DNA from: a virus
Reading direction: 5' to 3' (one strand)
DNA length: 64,000 nt
IMG/VR virus record: IMGVR_UViG_3300025617_000006
Shown: piece by piece, positions 17,930 to 29,300 of the stretch
How positions within the stretch are numbered: the first letter of the stretch is position 1
How the letters are laid out: each line of letters starts with the position of its first letter
Notes under the pieces: generated by a model
What the model was told of the DNA's origin: nothing
The model's input: the letters and a program-made list of their open reading frames with translations, nothing else
Database searches by the model: none
Made by a program: the position numbers and the translations under genes

Positions 17930-19423
17930 ATGGCACAAATAACACGCACAGCAGGAACTAACAGTAATTTATATGCTGGACCATATGTTGCTAGGGTAGT
18001 AAGTCACCTTGATCCTAATTATATGGGCGGCCTTGAAGTTGAACTTTTAAAACAAACCGGTAGTTCAAATGATACCGCCGGAGATGGTCAAACATTTAAA
18101 GTTAGATTTTCAAGTCCGTTTTACGGACAAACACCGTATACTGGTGTATCTAAAAATGAAGACTATTCGTATACACAACAGTCATATGGCATGTGGGCAA
18201 TTCCACCCGATGTTGGTTCTAGGGTACTAGTTATCTTTGTTGAAGGACAACCTAACTTAGGTTATTGGATTGGTTGTATTCCAGATAATTACACAAACTT
18301 TACAATTCCTGACAGGGGAGTAGCAACTAGTTACTATAGCGGTACTCCAACAAGGGACGAGCAAGAGGCAATTAACCGAACAGGTAAAGTTGTTGTTGGC
18401 GAAATCAACAAGCAAAATGGTCCAGATAATAAAGGCATTGATCCTACTAAATTTAAAAAACCTATTAACCACGACTGGATGGCAATGCTAGAGAGAGCCG
18501 GACTTTCAATTGACGGCACAAGGGGCCTAACATCGTCTAGTGCAAGAAGAGGCGTGCCTAGTATGGTTACTGGTATTAGCACTCCGGGACCTTACGATAA
18601 ACGCCGAGGTAAGCCAAAAGTAAAATACGGAACTGCCGACGGTGGAACACAAATTCCGTTTAGCCGATTAGGCGGCACAAGTTTAGTATTCGATGACGGC
18701 GACGAAAACTACCTTCGTACCGGACCAGCAACAACGCATCCAAGTGAATACAAAGATGTTGGCATGGGTGAAAAGGGCGGAGATGTTACACGCCCTCACA
18801 ATGAACTAACTAGACTGCGTACTAGAACTGGCCATCAAATATTAATGCACAATACAGAAGATTTAATCTATATTAATCACGGTAGCGGCAATAGTTGGAT
18901 TGAATTAAGTGCAAACGGAAAAATTGATATCTATGCAAAAGATAGCATTAGTGTTCATACCCAAAATGATTTAAACATTACTGCGGATCGAGATATTAAT
19001 ATGCAAGCAGGTAGAAACTTTAACGTTCTTTCCGGCTCAGATGCACAGATAGAAACTGGCGGCTCGTTATCAACGCTTGCCGCAAGCGATACAAAAATTA
19101 CTACCGGTGGGCAAAGTAATATTAGTACAGGTGGCGACCATGTAGAAACAGCAACTAATATTCATATGAATGGTCCTCTTGCTACAGCCGCAACTGGTTT
19201 AAGCACTCATTCGGTACCTGGTGCAGGCGGTTCGCTATCTAAAAGAATGCCTCAGCATGAGCCGTGGCTAAATCACGAAAATGTTGATCCACAGTCGTAT
19301 ACTCCGGTTAATACAGATCGAACTAGCGCAGGCCAAGTACCATTAAAAGGCGATGTTGACACAGTGCCTGACACATTTCAGAAGCGTAATATTTTTGAAA
19401 AACGCACATCTAGTAACGGATAA
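17930..19423 (+). CDS. gp5: baseplate central spike (gp5/VgrG-like: OB-fold plus beta-helix)
   Basis: PPDVGSRVLVIFVEG....GYWIGCI OB-fold motif, RTRTGHQILM, and beta-helix repeats (DLNITADRDINMQAGRNFNV). Confidence 0.8.
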   Translation: MAQITRTAGTNSNLYAGPYVARVVSHLDPNYMGGLEVELLKQTGSSNDTAGDGQTFKVRFSSPFYGQTPYTGVSKNEDYSYTQQSYGMWAIPPDVGSRVLVIFVEGQPNLGYWIGCIPDNYTNFTIPDRGVATSYYSGTPTRDEQEAINRTGKVVVGEINKQNGPDNKGIDPTKFKKPINHDWMAMLERAGLSIDGTRGLTSSSARRGVPSMVTGISTPGPYDKRRGKPKVKYGTADGGTQIPFSRLGGTSLVFDDGDENYLRTGPATTHPSEYKDVGMGEKGGDVTRPHNELTRLRTRTGHQILMHNTEDLIYINHGSGNSWIELSANGKIDIYAKDSISVHTQNDLNITADRDINMQAGRNFNVLSGSDAQIETGGSLSTLAASDTKITTGGQSNISTGGDHVETATNIHMNGPLATAATGLSTHSVPGAGGSLSKRMPQHEPWLNHENVDPQSYTPVNTDRTSAGQVPLKGDVDTVPDTFQKRNIFEKRTSSNG

Positions 19424-19431
19424 ATACTGAT

Positions 19432-19878
19432 ATGAGCACGTTAGAGAAAAACACAGTCCAAACAGTTAGGGTCAAAAGCAACTCAACACAGTCAAAACCT
19501 GTAAAGCAATCGGCTTACAGAGGACTTAGTACGGTTAATCCTAGCAACCAACAGTACACTCTGTATGATATTGGATTAATCAAGCAAGACTTGTTAAATC
19601 ACTTCCATATTAGACAGGGCGAAAAACTTGAGAATCCGGAGTTTGGAACAATTATTTGGGACATTTTATTTGAACCAATGACTGAAACTCTTAAAGAAGC
19701 CATTGTAGAAGATGTAACACGAATTATTAATAGTGATCCCCGTATAAATGCTACAAATGTTATTGTAGATCAGTACGAAAGTGGTATTCAAATTGAATGT
19801 GAACTTGCATATCTTCCATATAATATATCGGAACAACTAAAATTAGAATTTGACCAAAGTTCAAGTTTTAACGGTTAA
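19432..19878 (+). CDS. gp25: baseplate wedge protein (gp25/GPW-like)
   Basis: IKQDLLNHFHIRQGEKLENPEFGTIIWDILFEP and DPRI motifs. Confidence 0.9.
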   Translation: MSTLEKNTVQTVRVKSNSTQSKPVKQSAYRGLSTVNPSNQQYTLYDIGLIKQDLLNHFHIRQGEKLENPEFGTIIWDILFEPMTETLKEAIVEDVTRIINSDPRINATNVIVDQYESGIQIECELAYLPYNISEQLKLEFDQSSSFNG

Positions 19879-19935
19879 GGAATTAAGTACCTGGTTTACT
19901 CAATCAAATAAATACTTATAACGAGGAACACATAG

Positions 19936-22900
19936 ATGTCGACAACGGATAGACAAAATAGATTACTACTTTCAGAAGACTGGAAGCGAGTGTATCAAAC
20001 ATTTAGAAACGCAGATTTTAAGTCGTATGACTTTGATAGTCTTCGTAGAACAATGATTGCTTACCTGCGTGAAAACTATCCGGAAGATTTTAACGACTAC
20101 ATTGAATCATCAGAGTATCTTGCACTAATTGATCTTATTGCGTATCTTGGACAAAACCTAGCATTTAGGGTTGATCTTAACTCACGTGAAAACTTCTTAG
20201 AATTAGCCGAACGTCGTGAAAGCGTATTGCGTTTGGCAAGATTACTTTCTTATAATCCAAAGCGTAATCAAGCGTCAAACGGATTGCTTAAATTTGACTC
20301 AGTTAGTACTTCAGAAGATATTGTTGATGCCAATGGTGTTAACCTAGCAGGACAAACAGTATCATGGAACGATCCATCGAATCCGGACTGGGCTGAGCAG
20401 TTTAGAAAAATTTTAAATTCGTCATTGCCTCAAAACGGCATTATTGGACGACCTGTAAAAAAAGCAAACATTGCCGGAATTACAACAGAGCAGTATCGAT
20501 TTAATGCTTCAAACTCAAACATTCCAGTTTACAGTTTTAACAAAAATGTAGGCGAAAAAAATATTGTGTTTGAAGTAACTTCGTCAACCATTGATGAATC
20601 AACTATCTACGAAGAAACACCATTACCAGGTAACAGTTTAGCATTTTTATATAGAGAAGATGGCAAAGGTGCAGGCAGTTCAAATACTGGATACTTTGCA
20701 CACTTTAGACAAGGTGTACTAGATAACGGAAACTTTTCAATTGACAGTCCGATTGAAAATCAGACAGTTGCAATTGATACAGAAAATGTAAACAACTCTG
20801 ATGTGTGGTTATACAAATTAGATTCAAACGGAAATGAAAGCCAGTTGTGGACTAAAGTTGATGCTGTTGAAGGCAACAATATTATCTACAATAGTTTAAA
20901 CAAAAACGAACGTAATGTGTATGCTGTATTAAGTAGAATCGGCGACAGAATTAGTTTAAAGTTTTCCGATGGCACGTTTGGTGCATTGCCTAAAGGTAAC
21001 TTCAGAGTATATTATAGAAAAAGTTTAGGAAGTAAATTTACTGTTACTCCAGACAGCATGACTAATATTAGTGTAAGTGTACCATACATTAGCCGCTCAG
21101 GTACCAATGAAGTTCTTACTGTTAATATGTCTTTAAAATATACTGTTGACAATTCAAGTGCTACTGAAACAACAAGAAGCATCAAACAAAATGCACCGGC
21201 AACATACTATACACAGAATAGAATGGTCACTGGTGAAGATTACAATGTTGCTCCGTTAGCAATTAGTCAAGAAGTTGTAAAAGTTAAAAGTGTTAATAGA
21301 ACAGCAAGTGGTATTTCAAGATACTTTGATTTAATTGATTCAACAGGAAAATATTCAAGTACTAATATCTACGGTAATGATGGTGCAATTTACAAAGAAC
21401 TATCTGATAAAAAGATTTCTTTTTCGTTTAACACCCGTACTGATGTTTCAGGGCGTATTGAAAATGTAATTCAACCGTTGCTAACTAGCCAAGATATAAG
21501 AAACTTTTACTTAGGAGAGTTTCCAAAAATTTCTACAGGCGATCTATCTGCAAGTTGGGTACAACTATCTAATCAAACAAATAATTCAAGTGGATACTTA
21601 ATTGACTCACTTGGTGTAAAATACACTGTTGGTACATTCACAGGAAGTACTTTAAAGTATTTAGAACCAAACTCGATTGTTAAATTTGTTTCACCAACAG
21701 GGTTTTATTTTGATACTAAGAATGATAATAAACTTGTACAAGGTGCGGCAACTGCCCAAGGTGCTGTTACATATATTTGGACTAAAGTAATTAGAGTAAA
21801 CGGTGACGGTACAGAAAATTATGCAGACAACACCGGACCGATTATCTTCAACGACATTATTCCTACAGACGCAATCTTAAACGAAGTTAAACCTAAGTTT
21901 GCAACTAATATTACACCTGATGTTGAAGCACAATTAGCAGATCAAATTTTTGCTTATAAAACTTTTGGATTGCGTTATAGTGTAATTGACAGAGAATGGA
22001 GAATTATTTTTAATAATAATCTTAATATTGGTAATGATTTCAATATGGGTAAAACAGGCGACATCTCTAATCAGAATTTAGATTCTAGTTGGTTGTTACT
22101 TTTTGAAACCGATGGCGAAAAATATACGGTTACATATCGCAGTGTAAGATATGTATTTGAAAGCGATAAAGAAGTTAAATTTTATTATGATGAAACTGAT
22201 AGAATTTATGATAGCCGTACAGGAAAAGTAATTAGAGACAAGGTTAATTTATTATCTATTAACGTAGCACCGGATAGTCCGGAAGCATTAACAGTTGACT
22301 TTCCGTGGCAAATTACTAAAGAATTTAGAGACAGTGAAGGTTACGTAAACAGTAAAAAAGTTGAATTAGGATTTTTTGATTCAGACGACGATGGTGTTAT
22401 TGATAATCCTGAATCGTTTTTACAGTTTGTTGATCCTGCAGAAAATCCAGAAAACAAATTAGTATTTTTAAAAGAACTTATTAGTAATAATAAATCAACT
22501 AATTACGACTACTGCGGCTCAGAAGGTATAACAGTTAGGGCATCTGAAACAGCGATCGGTCCGTTATCAAGTTATGACGATCAAGAAATTTTTTACTTCT
22601 TAGACTCAAACGTGTTTAAGCAATACAATGCAACAACTGCTTCGTTAACATTGCTTACAAACTATAAAGCATACGTTGGTAGAGATAACCTTAAATTCCA
22701 ATATGTTCACAGCGCAGACGAAAACAACAGACTAGATCCTAGTAGTACAAATATTATTGACTCGTATTTGTTAACAAAAACATACGATTCAAGTTTTAGA
22801 AAATACCTAGCAGGAGATGCAAGCACACGGCCTTTGCCTCCTAGTTCAGATGAATTATTCCAAAACTTTGGTAGTGAGATTAACAAAATTAAATCAATTA

Positions 22901-23376
22901 GCGATGAAGTAATTTACCATCCTGTTAAGTATAAAGTACTGTTTGGCAACAAAGCAGACAGTGATTTACAAGCAACATTTAAGATCGTTAAAAATCCAGA
23001 TGTAGTTACAAACGACAATGATATTAAATTACAGGTTATTACGGCTATCAACACTTTCTTTAGTTTAGAATTTTGGGACTTTGGTGATAAGTTTAGTTTT
23101 TCAGAACTATCAACATATATTATGAATACACTTGCACCCAATGTAAGCACAGTAGTACTAGTTCCAAATCAAACTGATAAAGCGTTTGGTAGTTTATATG
23201 AGATTACAACTGAAAGTGACGAGATATTTATTTCGGGGGCAACAGTTGACGATGTAGAAATTATTGATAGTTTAACTGCATCAAGGTTAAAGGCGGCAGG
23301 GTCAGTTGTAACAACAGCAACTACTCAAAACGCCGGAATACAGTCCAGCACAAGTAACGGAGGAAGTACTTACTAA
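19936..23376 (+). CDS. gp6: baseplate wedge subunit (gp6-like)
   Basis: DFDSLR, LIDLIAY, ENFLELAERRESVLRLARLLSYNPK, FSDGTFG..P and QNRMVTGEDY motifs. Confidence 0.85.
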   Translation: MSTTDRQNRLLLSEDWKRVYQTFRNADFKSYDFDSLRRTMIAYLRENYPEDFNDYIESSEYLALIDLIAYLGQNLAFRVDLNSRENFLELAERRESVLRLARLLSYNPKRNQASNGLLKFDSVSTSEDIVDANGVNLAGQTVSWNDPSNPDWAEQFRKILNSSLPQNGIIGRPVKKANIAGITTEQYRFNASNSNIPVYSFNKNVGEKNIVFEVTSSTIDESTIYEETPLPGNSLAFLYREDGKGAGSSNTGYFAHFRQGVLDNGNFSIDSPIENQTVAIDTENVNNSDVWLYKLDSNGNESQLWTKVDAVEGNNIIYNSLNKNERNVYAVLSRIGDRISLKFSDGTFGALPKGNFRVYYRKSLGSKFTVTPDSMTNISVSVPYISRSGTNEVLTVNMSLKYTVDNSSATETTRSIKQNAPATYYTQNRMVTGEDYNVAPLAISQEVVKVKSVNRTASGISRYFDLIDSTGKYSSTNIYGNDGAIYKELSDKKISFSFNTRTDVSGRIENVIQPLLTSQDIRNFYLGEFPKISTGDLSASWVQLSNQTNNSSGYLIDSLGVKYTVGTFTGSTLKYLEPNSIVKFVSPTGFYFDTKNDNKLVQGAATAQGAVTYIWTKVIRVNGDGTENYADNTGPIIFNDIIPTDAILNEVKPKFATNITPDVEAQLADQIFAYKTFGLRYSVIDREWRIIFNNNLNIGNDFNMGKTGDISNQNLDSSWLLLFETDGEKYTVTYRSVRYVFESDKEVKFYYDETDRIYDSRTGKVIRDKVNLLSINVAPDSPEALTVDFPWQITKEFRDSEGYVNSKKVELGFFDSDDDGVIDNPESFLQFVDPAENPENKLVFLKELISNNKSTNYDYCGSEGITVRASETAIGPLSSYDDQEIFYFLDSNVFKQYNATTASLTLLTNYKAYVGRDNLKFQYVHSADENNRLDPSSTNIIDSYLLTKTYDSSFRKYLAGDASTRPLPPSSDELFQNFGSEINKIKSISDEVIYHPVKYKVLFGNKADSDLQATFKIVKNPDVVTNDNDIKLQVITAINTFFSLEFWDFGDKFSFSELSTYIMNTLAPNVSTVVLVPNQTDKAFGSLYEITTESDEIFISGATVDDVEIIDSLTASRLKAAGSVVTTATTQNAGIQSSTSNGGSTY

Positions 23377-26300
23377 TGGCTTTTGAAAATGACCAGAATG
23401 AATTTCCAATTCAGCCCAATGGTGAAAATGGCAAACGTACTAGCGTACAACACTTACCTCGTTATTTTAGAACACCAGCAAATAAAAAGTTTTTATCTAG
23501 TACATTAGATCAACTAATCCAACCAGGCGAAGTTGAAAAAGTTAGTTCGTACTTTGGTAGAAATGATGCTAAGGCACGTACAGCAGACGATTCCTACATT
23601 AGTGATGTAAGTTCTGACAGACAAAACTATCAATTAGAACCTGCATTAGTTATTAAAGATGACTTTGATAATGTTTCCTTTTACAAAGATTATAATGATT
23701 ATATTAACCAGTTACGAGCATTTGGTAATACCAATCCTAATCACTCGTTGATTAATGCTCAAGAATATTATTCATGGAACCCGCACATTGATTGGGACAA
23801 GTTTGTAAATTTCCGTGAATATTATTGGCTTCCAGCAGGTCCGCAAGTTTTACCAATTTACGGCCAGACTAAGGAAGTATCTTCGACTTTTAAAGTATCA
23901 ATAGAGGAGAATGACGACAATGTAGCATATAAATTTACGCCAACAGGTTTAACACAAAATCCTACTTTAAAACTCTATAAAGGTCAAACATATATATTTG
24001 AAGTAGACACCCCAGGATATCCTATTGCATTTTCAACTAATAGGTCTTTTACTCCTGGTCAGGCTATTGTTACTGAAACAGTAGAAGGTGTTATTGCTCC
24101 AGGTCAGTTTGAAGCAGAACTATACGATTTCGATGGTTACGATACCGGTGAATACATAGTACAACCAGTTGAAGGCGGCATTGAAGGATTCACAGAAGGA
24201 GATAATATTTCAACACTTTATACTGATGGTGTTGAAGCATCAACTGTATGGGTTGAAAAAGGAACAATCAAATTTACTGTTCCGTTAGATGCCCCAAACA
24301 GACTTTTTTATATCAGTAAAGATGATGTTAATACAAGCGGATTGATTAACATTTACAATATTCTAGAAAATACAGAAATCAATGTAGAAGAAGAAATTTT
24401 ACAAAAGAAAACATACCAAACAAGAAATGATGTTGAGTTATCAAACGGTATGCTAGTAGAATTTTTAGGAGATGTAACTCCTGCAAAATATGCACAAGGA
24501 ACTTGGTATGTTGAAGGAGTTGGCGACTCGATTGAGTTAATTGCTAAATCCGATCTAGAAATTACTGGCACATACAGTGAAAGTAAATTTGTTCCGTTTG
24601 ATAGTGAAAATTTTGACAGAGTACCATTTGGACAAGCACTAAACTTTCCAAGAGACAAAGACTACATTACAATTAACAGATCAGCAATTGACGGTAACCC
24701 TTGGACACGCCATAACAGGTGGTTTCACAAAGACGTTATTGAAAAGGTTGCTAAGGCAAATGATTCACCAGTTAACCTTGATCAAACAGCAAGAGCGTCT
24801 AGGCCTATTATTGAGTTTGAAGGCGGACTTCGCCTTTACAACTTTGGATCTAAATTTAAATCAAACGTTGATCTAGTTGACGATAAAACTACTGATGTCT
24901 TTTCGAACATTGAAGGATCGGTAGGATACAATGTTGATGGAATAAATCTAACAGACGGGTTGCGTGTATTATTTACAGCAGATCCGGACGAGCGTGTGAA
25001 TGGAAGAATTTACAAAGTTAAATTCATTGACCATAACGGTTCTAGACAAATTGCATTACAAGACGAAGACGATACTAACCCAACGCTAAATGAAACTGTA
25101 TTAGTCAAAGCCGGCGAGGAAAACACTGGAAAAATTTATTGGTACAACGGTACTACATGGATAAAGGCGCAAGAAAAAGTTAGTGCAAATCAACCACCAT
25201 ACTTTAACTTGTACGATGCCGATGATGAGTCTTTTGATTCGTATCAGTCAACTTCGTTTACTGGTACTAAATTATTTTCTTATAAAGAAGGCACTGGCTC
25301 GGTTGATAGTGTCTTAGGATTTCCATTAACATATAGAAACATTCAAAATAGTGGAGATATTGTTTTTGATTTTAACCTACTAAATGATGTAATTACATAT
25401 CAAGAAGGTCAAGTATCATATACTAAAAAATCAGATACTGCTACATTAAGAAAGTATACAGACCTTGATACTTACGAAAACGAAAGCGGTTGGAAAAAAG
25501 CATTTCAAGAAAGTACACAAAAAGTTGTACGCCAGTATATTGTTTCAGGACAAAAAAATAATTTTGCAGTAGACGTATACAATCGAAGCGGAGACTTAAA
25601 TGAACTCAACGTTACTCTAACAGTAAATAACGAAAGAAGATCAGACTGGGAAATTAATAGAGAAAACGGTATAGCATATATTAGATTTGATAATGATCTA
25701 AACAATGACGATATTGTTGTAATGTTATGTACTAGCGAAGCGAATAAAAACGAAAACGGAAAATATGAATTTCCGATTAACTTACAAAACAATCCGTTAA
25801 ATGAAAATATTGTTGACTTTACTTATGGTGAAGTAAACGATCACGTAAACTCTATTATTGATAATCTTAACACATTTACAGGAAAGTTTCCAGGCTCTAG
25901 TAATTTAAGAGACTTAGGTTCTCTTACAGAATACGGAACTAAATTTGTTCAGCACAGTGGTGCAATTCCTTTAGCAATGTATCACATTACTAATAAAGAT
26001 TTCAACTTAATTAAATCAATGCGATATGCTAGAAAAGAATATGCAAAGTTTAAGCGATCGTTTGTTAGTATTTCTTCAGAACTAGGTATTGACGGAAGTC
26101 CAAGATATGTTGTAGATAAAATTATCGAAGAATGGCAACGTGATAAGTCTAAACAGAGTGCGTTTTATTGGACTGATATGATCGGCTCTGGTGCTAATAA
26201 AACTAGAGAGTTTACAATTGTTGATACAGGAAACAAGTTTTATAGTTTAACATCGCCGTTTAATTTAAGTGACATTTCTGCAAAAGCAGTTTATATCTAC

Positions 26301-29300
26301 TTAAATGATAGTCAGTTATTACACAATAAAGACTATGTGTTTACGGCTGAAGGATTTATACGTCTAGATGATGAGTTAGAATTAGCAGTTAACGACGCTA
26401 TCACAATTTACGAGTATGAATCAACTGATGCATCGTTTATTCCACCAACACCGAGTAAGTTGGGAATGTGGCCTTTATACCGTCCTACAAAATATGTAGA
26501 TTCTTCATATAGAAATCCTATGGAAGTTATTCAAGGACATGACGGTAGTATTATCCGAGCATACGGTGATTACCGTGATGACCTTATTTTAGAACTTGAA
26601 AACAGAATTTACAACAATGTTAAAATACAGTACGATAGTAATATTTTAGACGTAGACAGTTTTGTTGGTCATGCATCACGTGATACAGGATTTACTCCAG
26701 ATGTGATCGATGACGTAGTTATTACTGATTTCATTGAGTGGCTTGCAGTAGCAGGCGATCCAGATTATACTGACAATAGTTTTTATGATAGAACAGATTC
26801 GTTTACTTGGAACTATTCTAAGATGACAGATCCGTACAATAACCCGCTACAAGGATTTTGGCGTGCTATTTACAATAACTATTTAAGTACTGATACTCCG
26901 CACACTACACCGTGGAAAATTTTAGGATTTGTCGAAAAGCCAGATTGGTGGCAAGAAGTATATGGTCCAGCACCATACACTAAAGAAAACTTAATTTTGT
27001 GGGACGATTTAGAAAACGGGCGTGTCAGAGAACCAAACAAACCTATTAGATATCGTTCAAACTATATTCGTAAAGAATTAACAAAGTATATTCCGGTTGA
27101 CGCTCAAGGTAATTTAGTAAGTCCATATGAAAGCGGATATGCTAGAGGACTAATTGCTCCTAGTACAAATGAACAGTTTATATTTGGAGATCAAGCGCCG
27201 GTTGAATCGGCGTGGCGTAAAAGTTCCGAATATCCTTTTGCTTTACTTACTGCGTGGTTGATTAACCAACCAACAAAGGTAATGTCTACAGGATTTGATA
27301 GAGCAAGACTTGTGCGTAATACTGCTGGACAAATTGTTTATAGCGCAACCGACAAACGATTAACCCCTAAAGATGTTGTATTTCCTAACACTTCGGAGAA
27401 TGCAGAACGAGTTACGACTGCTGGACTTATTAACTATATGTTCAATTATATCAATGCAGATGTAACAAAACTAAATGAAGAATACAGTGAGCAAGTTTTA
27501 AACATTAATGTACAACTTGGATTTAAAATGGGAGGATTTAGTACTCCTGACAAATTTAAATTGTTACTTGATTCAAGAACCCCAAGCAATGAAGGCAATG
27601 TATTCATTCCTGAAGAAAATTATAAAATATTCTTTAATGTGAGTACACCAGTTGACACGGTATCATACAGTGGAGTTATTATTGAGAAAAGTGAAAGCGG
27701 TTGGATTGTTAAAGGATATGACAGAAGCAGACCATATTTTGTGTACAATAAACCTCTTGAACGTGCAAGTGACCCTGTTGTAAATATTGGTGGAGTAAGT
27801 GAAAACTTCTTAGAGTTTGTAAACGGATCACAGTATCGAGTTGGACAAATTATTCGAAACGGAGACTTGTTTTATAGAGTAAAGGTAACACACACTGCGG
27901 TAGGATTCCAAACTGAAAACTTTACTAAGTTAGCACAACTACCAATTGATGGCGGCGTTGAAGGAACTATTAGACGATCGTTTGAACAAGGCACATCTAA
28001 ACTAAGATACGGTACATTACTGCGTTCAAATCAAGACGTGATTGATTTCTTATTAGGTTACGGAACTTACTTAGAATCGCAAGGCTTTGATTTTAATAAC
28101 TTTAATAAAGAAATTGAGTCTATTGAAAACTGGGAATTGAGTGCGAGGGAGTTCTTGTTCTGGACTACTCAAAATTGGAGTCCGGGAACATTGCTTACAC
28201 TATCTCCTAGTGCCAGTGCATTAATGTTTGCTAGAGATAATGCAGTTGTAGATAACATTTTTGATAACTTTTATGATTATACATTATTAAAAGCAGACGG
28301 CGCAAAACTAAAAGAAGAATTTGCAAACACAATTAGATCAAATCAAAACGAATTTGGATTGCGTTTAAAAAATACTCAAGATGGAATTTACTTCTTAAAA
28401 ATTCCTCTAGTGCAAAAAGAACATGTAGTATTGATTGACAACAAGACAGTATTCAACGATGTAATTTATAATCCGGCACCGGGTTATCGTCAGGCTCGAA
28501 TTAAAGGTATTGGATATCGCACAACAAATTGGAACGGCGGATTTGATATTCCTGGGTTTACATATGATAATGTTAAGGTTACTAATTGGGAACCAAACAC
28601 TGATTATGCAATTAGTGATGTTGTACAATACAAAACGTTTTTCTACAGTGCAAAAAGTAAAGTTGTAGGAACAACAGAGTTTAATGACTCTGACTGGTAC
28701 CGACTACCTGAAAGACCTAAGGCTGAACTTACACCAAACTTTGATTACAAAGCAAATCAGTTTTCAGACTTTTATGATTTAGATAGTGACAACTTTGATA
28801 CTGAACAGCAACGTTTGGCTCAGCACTTAATTGGTTATCAAAAGCGTAACTACTTAGAAAATATTATTACTGATAGCGTGTCTCAGTATAAATTCTATCA
28901 AGGATTTATTCAAGATAAAGGCACACGAAATAGTTTAACTAAACTTTTTGATGCACTTTCAAATACAGAAAATTCAAGTTTAGAGTTTTTTGAAGAGTGG
29001 GCATTTAAAGTTGGTCAGTATGGAGCCAGCGGTGGCTTTGACGAAGTTGAATATCTTTTAGACGAATCGAAAATACGACTCCAGCCTCAGCCATTCCAGT
29101 TAGTACGAAACATTAATCCTTTGTCAACAGACTTAGTTTATAGATATGCATTAAATGATGTATATTCAAAACCAAGCGATTACAACCATGCTCCGTTCCC
29201 TACTAAAGATTTAACAGAAACTTATATTAGAACAGCAGGGTATGTTGCAGAAGAAGATATTGATTACAAGTTTACTAACTATGACGACTTGTTAGATTTT

